Source: an uncultured Actinomycetes bacterium
Lineage (GTDB): Bacteria > Actinomycetota > Thermoleophilia > RBG-16-64-13
Reading direction: 5' to 3'
Assembly: GCA_963841735.1 (NCBI GenBank)
Contig: CAWJDT010000001.1
Span: forward strand, 640,001 to 704,000
DNA: 64,000 nucleotides
Part shown: positions 44,847 through 53,615 of the stretch, in pieces
Layout: every line of letters begins with the position of its first letter
Numbering within the stretch: position 1 is the stretch's first letter
Program-made: the position numbers and the translations under genes
Notes under the pieces: model-generated
Seen by the model: only the letters and a program-made list of their open reading frames with translations
What the model was told of the DNA's origin: nothing
Database searches by the model: none

Positions 44847-45950
44847 TCAGTCGTTGAGTCGGATGGGCATTACCAAGTAGAGGAAGTCGTCACCAGCGCC
44901 CTTGACCAGCCCAGGACGGAGCGGACTGATGAAGCGAAGGTATACGGGGGACTCCTTGACTGAGGCTACGCCGGCTTCCAAGAACTCAGGGTTGAAGCCG
45001 ATCTCGAGTTCCTCTCCTGAATACTGCACCGGCATAGTCTCGTGGGCTCGGCCTACGTCCTGTGACTCGGCGGAGACAGTGAGGCTGTTGGCGGCGAAAC
45101 GCATACGCAGGGGAGCATTCTTCTGTGCGAGAAGCCCAACGCGGCGAACCGCTTCCAACAACTCGTCGTGATCGACAGCAACCTCATAGTCGAACGTCTC
45201 CGGGATGAGTTGCTTGTAGTTGGGAAACTGTCCGTCTATAAGTCGTGACACGAGCGAGATACCGCCGACTTCAAAAAGGATCTGATTGTCGGTGGGGAGA
45301 ATCGCGATGTTGTCGTCATCTGTGCCGGCAGCAATGCGCGATAGTTCGAGGAGAGTCCGCGCCGGTGTGATCACCTGAGAATCAGCGGTAAGAGAGGAAT
45401 CAATAGGGGTTTCTTTTACGCTGAGGCGGTAGCTGTCGGTGGCCACCATGCGGATAGAGTTCTTGGCGAAGTGGATAAGAACCCCGGTAAGAACTGGTCT
45501 TGTTTCGTCCCTAGAAGCCGACGGAGCAACTCGGTCGACGGTTTCGACGAAGGCGACCTTGCCTACTGTAAATCTCTCACCCGAGAAAGACGGCAGTTGA
45601 GGAAAATCTACCGCCGGCAGAGAGTGTAGGTTAAACAGAGATTCCCCCGCTCGGATCTCTACATGTGTCTCCGCCGGTGCTTGTTCTATGACTACCTCAC
45701 CAACAGGCAGGCTCCGCGCGATATCTCCGGCAATACGGGCAGGCACGACGAGCGACCCGGATTGTTCCACGCGGCCAGCGAGCGGCGCTCGGATGGAGAT
45801 CTCCATGTCCGTAGCAGAGAGAACGATGCCTGCATCGGTCGCCTCAATGAGTACTCCCGCGAGTACTTGTATGGAACTCCGAGAGGAGACCGCCTTGCTG
45901 ACGATCCCTAGACATTCAACGAGCGCCTGCTTGGTGGTGACAAGTCTCAT
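44847..45950 (-). CDS. dnaN: DNA polymerase III beta sliding clamp
   Basis: ATDMEISI, DETRPVLTG, VATDSYRL, SRLIDGQFPNY, IGFNPEFL, YLVMPIR. Confidence 0.97.
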   Translation of the reverse strand: MRLVTTKQALVECLGIVSKAVSSRSSIQVLAGVLIEATDAGIVLSATDMEISIRAPLAGRVEQSGSLVVPARIAGDIARSLPVGEVVIEQAPAETHVEIRAGESLFNLHSLPAVDFPQLPSFSGERFTVGKVAFVETVDRVAPSASRDETRPVLTGVLIHFAKNSIRMVATDSYRLSVKETPIDSSLTADSQVITPARTLLELSRIAAGTDDDNIAILPTDNQILFEVGGISLVSRLIDGQFPNYKQLIPETFDYEVAVDHDELLEAVRRVGLLAQKNAPLRMRFAANSLTVSAESQDVGRAHETMPVQYSGEELEIGFNPEFLEAGVASVKESPVYLRFISPLRPGLVKGAGDDFLYLVMPIRLND

Positions 45951-45984
45951 CGGGGCTCCTCAATCACGCGAGTCTTGACTGGAT

Positions 45985-46230
45985 GGTGCTTACTTCTATT
46001 CTATTCTTCAATAGAAAATATAACCGGTGTAATAGGTGCTGTGGAAGATGTGTAGAACGCGGGAGGACCCTCGGGGCAAGCGGTTTGCGGTGTGTATGGG
46101 TGGTGGAGAGGCGTGTGGAGGATACGTGGTGTTGTTGAGCGCGGAAGAGGGGGGCGGGAGGGATTTGAAGAAAGGCGTGGGTATTCCACAGGCTATCCCG
46201 GGAGTGTTGACAGCAGGCTGTGGAAGAACT
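45985..46230. other. Replication origin (oriC) core: DnaA boxes plus AT-rich unwinding element
   Basis: DnaA-box-like TGTGGAAGA (46040, 46219), TGTGTAGAA (46049), TGTGGAGGA (46114), TATTCCACA (46182); AT-rich 45990-46035; lies between dnaA and dnaN; plus strand looks C-rich to the left and G-rich to the right (by eye). Confidence 0.8.
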
Positions 46231-46231
46231 A

Positions 46232-47704
46232 TTACCGCGCACTTTTGACTTTCGTGGTTAGTCGCTGCACCCGGTTGTACATCTCTCGGTCTTCGCGCAT
46301 GAGTTTCGCGATCTTCTCAACGGCGTGAAGGACGGTGGTGTGGTCCCTCCCGCCGATTCGATCGCCGATCTTGGGAAGACTTGAGTCGGTCAATTCGCGA
46401 GCCAGATACATCACCAAGTGCCGGCTCTCTACAACGGGGCGTGAGCGCTTATCGCCGGTGATCTCTGTGATCGACACACCAGTGACCTCTGCGACTGTCG
46501 AGAGGATGAGGTCAATAGTCACCCGGGTAGATGGTGTCTCGGGAATGTCCTTCAGGACCTCGCGGGCTAGGTCTACATCAATGGGGCGCTTGGTAAACGA
46601 CGAGAACGCGACGACACGGATGAGGCACCCCTCCAACTCGCGAATGTTGGTTGGAACTCGCGAGGCGATCAACATGAGGACGTCGTCGTCGGCCAAAGTG
46701 ATGCCGTCGGCCCGCACCTTCTTGCGAAGGATAGCGACCCGCGTCTCGAGGTCGGGTGGCTGGATGTCGGTGATGAGTCCCCATTCAAAACGCGAGACGA
46801 GACGGTCTTCTAGGGTGGCAAGTCCCTTGGGATGACGGTCTGAGCTGATGACTATCTGTTTCTGCGCGTCGTATAAGGCGTTGAACGTGTGGAAAAATTC
46901 TTCCTGGGTCTGTTCCTTCTTCTGAAGGAACTGGATGTCGTCGATGAGAAGCACGTCGACCGTGCGATAGCGATTCTTGAACCCCTCGATGCTGTCGTCA
47001 CGCAAGGAGTTGATGAAGTCGTTCGTAAAGCTTTCGAGAGTCAGATAGCGGACCTTGAGTGTCGGGTGGTTTCGGAGAGCGTAGTTGCCGATGGCCTGCA
47101 GGAGGTGGGTCTTACCGAGTCCCACTCCTCCATAGATGAATAGCGGGTTGTACTGAGTGCCGGGCGTCTCTGCCGCCGCGAGGGCGGCAGCGTGGGCAAA
47201 GCGGTTCGACGGTCCTATTACAAAGGTATCAAACGTGTACTTGCCCAACAGGCCAGCTACCGAGGAGAGACCTTCTGCGGTGACGGGAGGATTGGCGATG
47301 GGAGCGACCCGTGCGGTACTGCCGGGGCGACCTGAGGTAGGAGGACCTGGGCGGTCCGAGTAGGCGACTCCCCTCGCTGACGTGTCGGCTGTGTATGCAC
47401 GATCGGCGGCGGCGGCGAGAGCGGAAGGATCGGGGGCGGCATGGGTCAGCGTGGGCGAAACGACGATCTCCAAGCGCAGTGATTCGCCGGAGGCCTGGGC
47501 GAGCGAGTCAGTGATCAGGGCTCGGAAACGCGAGTCTATCCAGTCCTTGGAGAAATCAGAGGCTACCCCGACGGAGTAGGTGTCGTTGGTCACCCCTAGG
47601 CCGACGGTGGGCTCGAACCATATGCGGAAGGTGCCCTCGTTCACCTGCTCAGAGATGAGTCGGAGGGCCTCCTCCCAAATCGGATCGCTGCCCTTTGTCT
47701 CCAC
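46232..47704 (-). CDS. dnaA: Chromosomal replication initiator DnaA
   Basis: KYTFDTFVIGPSN, YNPLFIYGGVGLGKTHL, LLIDDIQF, RFEWGL, NIRELEG, GGRDHTTVLHA. Confidence 0.98.
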   Translation of the reverse strand: METKGSDPIWEEALRLISEQVNEGTFRIWFEPTVGLGVTNDTYSVGVASDFSKDWIDSRFRALITDSLAQASGESLRLEIVVSPTLTHAAPDPSALAAAADRAYTADTSARGVAYSDRPGPPTSGRPGSTARVAPIANPPVTAEGLSSVAGLLGKYTFDTFVIGPSNRFAHAAALAAAETPGTQYNPLFIYGGVGLGKTHLLQAIGNYALRNHPTLKVRYLTLESFTNDFINSLRDDSIEGFKNRYRTVDVLLIDDIQFLQKKEQTQEEFFHTFNALYDAQKQIVISSDRHPKGLATLEDRLVSRFEWGLITDIQPPDLETRVAILRKKVRADGITLADDDVLMLIASRVPTNIRELEGCLIRVVAFSSFTKRPIDVDLAREVLKDIPETPSTRVTIDLILSTVAEVTGVSITEITGDKRSRPVVESRHLVMYLARELTDSSLPKIGDRIGGRDHTTVLHAVEKIAKLMREDREMYNRVQRLTTKVKSAR

Positions 47705-47782
47705 CTATTCCCCTCCCAGATTGATCTGGACCATAGCGCCCCCAAAGAAGGCCCTACGACCCACTACAGCGGACCGTCTATC

Positions 47783-48619
47783 TTAAAGCACGCTATTCAG
47801 ATACGTCAGCCCAGCTTCAGTGACCGAGCGATGCCCCGTCTGCTCGGAGGCGACAAAGCCGACAGTCTCGAGAAATACGAGGTCTCGATATGCGGTCGAA
47901 GTGGACACGCGCAATTCCTGGGCGACACGAGTCGGACCGACCGGGGCAAGTTCGACCGTCAGAAGCAGCGTCTTAAGTTGGCGCTCAGAGAGATTATATG
48001 CCGGGACCGGGGTGGGCGCGAGAGGGATGTTCGTTAGAGGCGCGACTCGGGCGGTGATTACGGTACCACGTCCGAGGTTGTCTTCGATCTCAAGAAGACC
48101 GCTCAAGGTGGTCAGAGTCTCTTTAACCATAGAGAAACCGGACCCCACCCCTCGGATGAACTGCTTGGCGTCGGCGTCGGCAGACGTGAAGCCTGGCCGG
48201 AGGGCCGCCTCCTTATTGGGTATGCCCGGTCCTCTGTCGCTTACTCGGACGGTGTTGCCCCCATCGAGGATGGTGATGACGGCTCCTTTGAAGGAAGCGT
48301 GCACCAGGTTGTCGATCAGTTCGCGAAAGACACTAAGAGGTATGCGCCCTCCTTGTTCGCGGGCCAGGGAATGGGCGCGAGTCGAGAGGGCATCGACCAG
48401 TTGAGGTATGTGTCCGTCGTCGAGGGGGTGGTCGGTAACCAAAACCACGACAGGAGGGGAATGGGGGTCAGCGTAGAGGGCGATGCGTGGAGGATCTTCG
48501 GCCCATGAGGATGTGCCGGCAGCCTGAAGGCGCGTGTCAGCGGGATCCGCGGGGGTAGGCGGACTGTCGGACGGTGGCGCCCCCAATGGGTCGCTAGGGG
48601 AAGATCTGTGACTGGTCAT
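47783..48619 (-). CDS. GHKL (HATPase_c) ATP-binding protein with C-terminal winged HTH; start uncertain
   Basis: N-box RELIDNLVHA, G1 DRGPGI, G2 GVGSG, GRGTVI; C-terminal LSERQ..GPTRVAQELRVSTSTAYRDLVFLE..G.V..HRSVTEAG. Confidence 0.8.
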   Translation of the reverse strand: MTSHRSSPSDPLGAPPSDSPPTPADPADTRLQAAGTSSWAEDPPRIALYADPHSPPVVVLVTDHPLDDGHIPQLVDALSTRAHSLAREQGGRIPLSVFRELIDNLVHASFKGAVITILDGGNTVRVSDRGPGIPNKEAALRPGFTSADADAKQFIRGVGSGFSMVKETLTTLSGLLEIEDNLGRGTVITARVAPLTNIPLAPTPVPAYNLSERQLKTLLLTVELAPVGPTRVAQELRVSTSTAYRDLVFLETVGFVASEQTGHRSVTEAGLTYLNSVL

Positions 48620-48699
48620 CGGATGGCGGGCGGCCTCGATCTTGTACGGGTACGGGCTGATCATCGCGTGCCGAAAGCTCGTCGCCATTGTAGCGACGT

Positions 48700-49290
48700 G
48701 GAGGGGGTTTTTCCACAACCCTGTCGGCACTCGAACCCCGGAAAGAGCGGTTCTTCCGTCGCATTTACACGGTGCGAGGCAGTCGGTGCCTTGGGCAAAG
48801 ACCGTCGCTTTGCAGGCACGAAACCCAGGTTATCAACAGCACCGTCCACAGCTGTTGAAAACGTGCAGAACGGTGGAATGTGACGGCCGCATAGACCAAG
48901 TTTTCTGTTGAAAATGGGGAAAATGGTTTCGAGCGGGGTGACTTTGGGGTTTCGACTGAACCTCGAGATATCGGAGGAAGGGGACACTCGGCCCTCATCA
49001 CCTGGTGGCCTGCTTTCCTGGCTGTCCGCATTACTGTCAAGCGGGAGGCCGCTGCAGATGGTGGAGTAATGGCAGCCACGCGATGACCCAAAGTATGAGA
49101 GGCAAGTTTCTCGACAAGTGTTAGGGTAATCTGCTCACACGCGAGGATGTACGGAGGCGATGCAAGACGCGGCGACTGCCGATCGGTGCGCTGTGAGCGG
49201 CCAAATGTGGAGGTTGGTCCACAGACGTCTCCCGAGACTCGTCCGTTATGTAGCTCAGCAGGCCGGGTTTCCACAGTATCCACAGGAGCC
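48700..49290. promoter_or_regulatory. Second DnaA-box cluster in the dnaA-side/rpmH divergent region
   Basis: TTTTCCACA 48709, TTATCAACA 48830, CCGTCCACA 48842, TGTTGAAAA 48853 and 48906, TGGTCCACA 49215, GTTTCCACA-GTATCCACA 49267-49284. Confidence 0.7.
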
Positions 49291-49489
49291 TGTGTACGCT
49301 TACAGCGGGTCGGATACCCGCTTACGGAGCGGATTGACGGGCAGGGAGCAGGCTTGTATACTTCGCTGCTCTTTGTGCGCCGTTGTCGCGGGCGCATCTG
49401 CTTGGTTGAGTTGTATGATCTTGCGCGTGTCTGGTGGTACGGCGACGAGTACCTGAGGGCCGCGATGGTAGTGCGATAAGCGAGGGAAC

Positions 49490-49624
49490 GTGAAGAGGAC
49501 TTATCAGCCGAACAAACGCAAGCGCAAAAAGACGCATGGCTTCAGGGAGCGCATGAGTACACGGGCCGGGCGGGCTGTGTTGAAGCGTCGGCGCGACAAG
49601 GGCCGCAAGCGTATATCGGCGTAG
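49490..49624 (+). CDS. rpmH: 50S ribosomal protein L34 (absent from the ORF track)
   Basis: Manual translation [44 protein letters not shown]. Confidence 0.98.
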   Translation: MKRTYQPNKRKRKKTHGFRERMSTRAGRAVLKRRRDKGRKRISA

Positions 49625-49629
49625 CTAGA

Positions 49630-50028
49630 GTGAATCGGTCCCAAGGCCGGCTTGCGCGCTCAGAGGATTTTTTGCGCGCCTATCGGGGCGGGCGTTCGGT
49701 TGCGAACAAGTATCTGGTTCTATATTACTTTGAGCGCTCGGGGACCGGAGCGGTAGGGGCCGTAGAGGGCACGCGAGTTGGCTATTCTGTGTCCAAGCGG
49801 CTTGGAACGTCTGTCAATCGAAACAGGGTGAAGCGTGCCCTGCGAGAAGCCTTCCGGGTCAACCGCCAATCTGTCGGGGGCAATTTGGACCTGGTGTTCG
49901 TGGCTCGGGTGCCTGTGGTGGAACTGTTGGAGAATGATGGGCAAAGGGCGGTAGAGGGAAAGATGATGGAGGTCCTCCAGAAGGCGTCTTTGCTGAAGAG
50001 CGGGGACGAAAGGCGGCCTCGCTCGTGA
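49630..50028 (+). CDS. rnpA: Ribonuclease P protein component
   Basis: RVGYSVSKRLGTSVNRNRVKRALRE (RNR motif); follows rpmH. Confidence 0.93.
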   Translation: MNRSQGRLARSEDFLRAYRGGRSVANKYLVLYYFERSGTGAVGAVEGTRVGYSVSKRLGTSVNRNRVKRALREAFRVNRQSVGGNLDLVFVARVPVVELLENDGQRAVEGKMMEVLQKASLLKSGDERRPRS

Positions 50029-50318
50029 AGGCCCTCAGGAACCCGGCAAGAACGGTGGCAATCTGTGTGGTGCGAGCCTATCAGAGGGTGATTTCGCCGG
50101 CGCTCCCTCGGTCCTGCAAGTACTATCCGTCTTGTTCTCAATACGCGATCGACGCTGTGGGCAAATACGGAGTGGCGCGGGGAGTGGTTCTGGCAGCTTG
50201 GCGCATACTCCGGTGCAATCCGTTCAGTTACGGCGGTTACGATCCGGTGGAGCGTCAGAGGCTCTTCGAGCCGAGGGGCGGGGCGACGACCGCGGCTCGC
50301 AGTATGGGAAGAGTGTAG
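50025..50318 (+). CDS. yidD: Membrane protein insertion efficiency factor YidD
   Basis: YQRVISP..CKYYPSCSQY..RILRCNPF..GGYDPV. Confidence 0.95.
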   Translation: MKALRNPARTVAICVVRAYQRVISPALPRSCKYYPSCSQYAIDAVGKYGVARGVVLAAWRILRCNPFSYGGYDPVERQRLFEPRGGATTAARSMGRV

Positions 50319-50327
50319 GCGGGCGCT

Positions 50328-51236
50328 ATGCAGAGCATCTTCTCTCCCCTTAGCGACTTTTTCTTTGCGATTCTCCGCTTTCTGCACGAGAACATCGGCG
50401 TCAGTTGGGCTTGGGCAATCGTCTTGCTGACGGTTGTAATCCGGATTGTGCTCATTCCGCTGACGTGGCGGCAGATCAAGAGCATGAGGGCCATGCAGGC
50501 CCTGCAGCCGCAACTGAAGGGTCTGCAAGAGAAGTACCGGAATGATAAGCAGGTCCTCAACCAGAAGACCATGGAGTTCTATCGCGAGAACAAGGTAAGC
50601 CCCTTCGGATCTTGTTTGCCGCTCGTCCTACAGATGCCGGTTTTCATCGGTCTGTTCTATATGTTGCGCTACCAGGGGCAGGTCAATGGGTACGTGGATG
50701 CCGGGGCGTTTTCCTCGGTCTGGCACTCGCATCCGGTTTCATGGCTCTGGGTCCGCGACATAACGACGTTCGACATCACTCTGATGTTCTTATACATAGG
50801 CAGTCAGTTCGCTTCCTCGTGGCAGATGTCGAGGAAGGGCGCGGGGCAGCAGAAGATTATTGCCTACATCATGCCGGTGTTCATTGGCATCTTCATGTTC
50901 ATCTACAAGTGGCCCGCGGGTCTCTTCATCTACTGGGTTACTTCGAACCTGTGGACCATCGCGCAGCAGTTCGCGGCTGAGAAGATCATGCCGGTGCACG
51001 TACCGGTGGTGGCTCCTGCTGAGAAAGGCAAGAGCACCCCGGCACGCGCTACCGGAAAGACCCCGGCACGCGTGTCCGGGAAGACTTCGGCGGGTACTTC
51101 CGGGAAAACCCCGGCTCGACCCGCAGGGAAGTCTCCCGCGCGGCCGGCTGGCAAGAGCGGAGGGAAGACCAGTGGCGGACAAGCGGGACAGAAGGGCAAA
51201 GCAACAGGTAGCAAAGGCGAGCGGCCGAACGATTGA
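50328..51236 (+). CDS. yidC: Membrane protein insertase YidC with repetitive basic tail
   Basis: WAIVLLTVVIR, LQPQLK.LQEKY, GSCLPLVLQMPVF, PAGLFIYWVTSN. Confidence 0.95.
   Translation: MQSIFSPLSDFFFAILRFLHENIGVSWAWAIVLLTVVIRIVLIPLTWRQIKSMRAMQALQPQLKGLQEKYRNDKQVLNQKTMEFYRENKVSPFGSCLPLVLQMPVFIGLFYMLRYQGQVNGYVDAGAFSSVWHSHPVSWLWVRDITTFDITLMFLYIGSQFASSWQMSRKGAGQQKIIAYIMPVFIGIFMFIYKWPAGLFIYWVTSNLWTIAQQFAAEKIMPVHVPVVAPAEKGKSTPARATGKTPARVSGKTSAGTSGKTPARPAGKSPARPAGKSGGKTSGGQAGQKGKATGSKGERPND
51027..51175 (+). repeat. Degenerate 24-nt (8-aa) tandem repeat in the yidC tail
   Basis: GKSTPARAT-GKTPARVS-GKTSAGTS-GKTPARPA-GKSPARPA-GKSG-GKTS. Confidence 0.75.
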
Positions 51237-51993
51237 GCTGGCCGTGCAAAGGGCGCTCGCGGAGTTGGATTTCGCTCCCGGTGAACTGGCGGACGATCAG
51301 TACGAGGTCATCATCGTCATCCCGCCCGAAGAGGGTTTCATGGGAGTTGGGGCCGTTGATGCTGTGGTCGAGGTCGCGCTCGTGGGCGAGGAATTCGATT
51401 TCTACGGTCCAGAGGATGACAGTCAGCCCTCCGAGTTGTTGAGAGATCCGTCGGATGATGATCCCTACGGGGAGGATGAACTCGAGGACGACGCGCAGGA
51501 ACGGGGCTATCTAGTCGATGAAGAAGACCAGGGGCTGAGTGACCAGCCTGAGGCCGCGCGTCTTCGCTCTTTCTTAGTGCGGGTGCTGCGGGATATGGGA
51601 TTGACAGCTCAGGTGCGGATCACGGATGGTCCGGAGGAGCTCGCGGCTGAAATCACCGGGGATGATCTGGGCATTCTCATAGGCAGGCGCGGTCAGACTA
51701 TCGATGCTCTTGAGTATTTGGCAGGCATAGCCGTGTTTCCTAGCGGTCAGCCTCGCAAGCACGTGGAGCTTGATGCGGAGGGCTACAAGGAGCGGCGTAG
51801 GCGGCAGGTTGAGCGAGTGGCTCTGCGGAAGGCCGAGGAAGCGGCCAAGCGGGGCCGGCCAGTCCAGCTCACCCCCATGACTCCGGCCGAGCGCAAGATC
51901 GTTCACTTGGCTCTTCGTGACCGCACCGACGTTGTGACTGCAAGTCAGGGGCGGGAGCCAAATCGGCTGGTGGTCATTTCGCCGGTTGGGTAG
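51172..51993 (+). CDS. jag: RNA-binding cell elongation regulator Jag/EloR (Jag_N, KH, R3H)
   Basis: SGRTIELAV..GFMGVG; GILIGRRGQTIDALEYL; ERKIVHLAL; GREPNR. Confidence 0.92.
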   Translation: MADKRDRRAKQQVAKASGRTIELAVQRALAELDFAPGELADDQYEVIIVIPPEEGFMGVGAVDAVVEVALVGEEFDFYGPEDDSQPSELLRDPSDDDPYGEDELEDDAQERGYLVDEEDQGLSDQPEAARLRSFLVRVLRDMGLTAQVRITDGPEELAAEITGDDLGILIGRRGQTIDALEYLAGIAVFPSGQPRKHVELDAEGYKERRRRQVERVALRKAEEAAKRGRPVQLTPMTPAERKIVHLALRDRTDVVTASQGREPNRLVVISPVG

Positions 51994-52072
51994 GACCAAC
52001 GGGCGGGCGTTGGGTGGAACTATCGGCCTGACTGCAGCGACCCGCAAAAGACATTCACAGTAGCGTGTCAGC

Positions 52073-53599
52073 ATGGTCGACGCAGCGGATAGTTTGAGCG
52101 ACGGTTCGCCTCAGGGGGCGGGAGGCGAGCGGTCGCACCTTCTTGGCAGTGGACCTAAAGCCGACTCGTGGGCGGTTGACACCATTGTGGCGGTGTCGAC
52201 GGCGCAGGGCACCGGGGCGATCGGTATTGTCAGATTGAGCGGTCCTGAGGCGTTGGATATCGCAGAAGCCGTCTTTCGGTCGGTGGCGGGGAGGCCTCTG
52301 GATCCTGAGGAATCGTACACCCTGCACTACGGGCACGTTGTCGATCCCGGTTCCGCCGAGGTGGTCGACGAGGCACTGCTCGCGGTCATGCGGAAGCCAC
52401 GATCATATACACGCGAGGACGTTGCCGAGATTCATTGTCACGGAGGTCCTGCTGCGCAGCGCGCGGTGTTGCGCCTTCTAGTCAGGTTAGGGGCACGGCC
52501 GGCCGAGCCGGGAGAGTTCACCCGGAGGGCGTTCCTGAACGGCCGGATCGATCTGGCCCAGGCCGAGAGCGTCGCGGCGATTGTGGCGGCGCGAAGCACG
52601 GGAGCCTTGCGTGTATCGCTCCGCCAATTGGACGGGGGTCTGTCGGAGCGACTCAAAGCTGCACGCGGGGAGTTGGTGAGTCTTCTGGCGTCGGTCGAAG
52701 CGACGGTGGACTTCTCCGATGAGGACGTGGATGAACTGGACTGGGTAAGGCTGGAGGAGGGTCTGAGTGTCGTTCACGGAGGTCTTGTGCGCCTGCTGGA
52801 GACAGCGTTCGTGGGGCGAGCGTTGCAGGAGGGAGTGCACACGGCCATCGTAGGGAAGCCGAATGCGGGCAAGAGTTCCTTGCTCAACGCGCTTCTGATG
52901 AGAGAGAGGGCCATTGTGTCGGAGATGCCGGGAACCACAAGGGACACAGTGGAAGAACTGATGGAGATCGGTGGAATTCCCATGCATCTCGTTGATACGG
53001 CGGGGATCCGAGCGGGCGGGGACCATGTGGAGCGTCTCGGAGTGGAGCGGTCGGTCAAGGCGATGGAGCAGGCGGATCTAGTGTTGGCCGTGTTCGATCT
53101 TTCGGATTCGCGGGACGAGGCCGAGCGGGAGTTAGTGAGCGGGATTGATGCTGGGCGGTTGGTGATCGTCGGAAACAAGCGCGATCTTGTGAAGGACGAA
53201 CCGGAAGCGTTGGCTCGATTGTGGAGACACTTGGAGATCGCTCCTGTTACATCAGGGCCCTCCGGCGAAGTCCCTCCGCGGCCCCGGGTGTGCTCGGTTT
53301 CGGCTTTGACCGGGGAGGGGGTGGACGGCTTGAGGGCGACAATCGCCGACATCATCACCGGCGTAGGGGGTCTTCACCTCGAAGAACCGATTCTTGCGGG
53401 AGAGCGGCAGCGTATTCTGGTCGACGAGGCTGTTGGGAGTACATATGCGGCTATGAACAGGGCGGCTAGGGGCGAAGGTGAGGAGCTGGTGTGCGAGGAC
53501 ATTCGCATGGCGGCGGAGGCGTTGGGCAGAATAACGGGCGAGGATCTGACTCCGGACTTGCTGGATGAGGTCTTCAGCCGGTTTTGCTTGGGGAAGTAG
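52073..53599 (+). CDS. mnmE: tRNA modification GTPase MnmE
   Basis: DTIVAVST, IVRLSG, EIHCHGG, GKPNAGKSSL, GTTRD, DTAG, NKRD, FSRFCLGK. Confidence 0.97.
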   Translation: MVDAADSLSDGSPQGAGGERSHLLGSGPKADSWAVDTIVAVSTAQGTGAIGIVRLSGPEALDIAEAVFRSVAGRPLDPEESYTLHYGHVVDPGSAEVVDEALLAVMRKPRSYTREDVAEIHCHGGPAAQRAVLRLLVRLGARPAEPGEFTRRAFLNGRIDLAQAESVAAIVAARSTGALRVSLRQLDGGLSERLKAARGELVSLLASVEATVDFSDEDVDELDWVRLEEGLSVVHGGLVRLLETAFVGRALQEGVHTAIVGKPNAGKSSLLNALLMRERAIVSEMPGTTRDTVEELMEIGGIPMHLVDTAGIRAGGDHVERLGVERSVKAMEQADLVLAVFDLSDSRDEAERELVSGIDAGRLVIVGNKRDLVKDEPEALARLWRHLEIAPVTSGPSGEVPPRPRVCSVSALTGEGVDGLRATIADIITGVGGLHLEEPILAGERQRILVDEAVGSTYAAMNRAARGEGEELVCEDIRMAAEALGRITGEDLTPDLLDEVFSRFCLGK

Positions 53600-53615
53600 A
53601 AGGCTGGGAACCCGC

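Noticed and set aside
48765-49479. ORFs in the region upstream of rpmH
   Set aside because: No recognisable homology or SD; the region is rich in DnaA boxes and promoter-like sequence.
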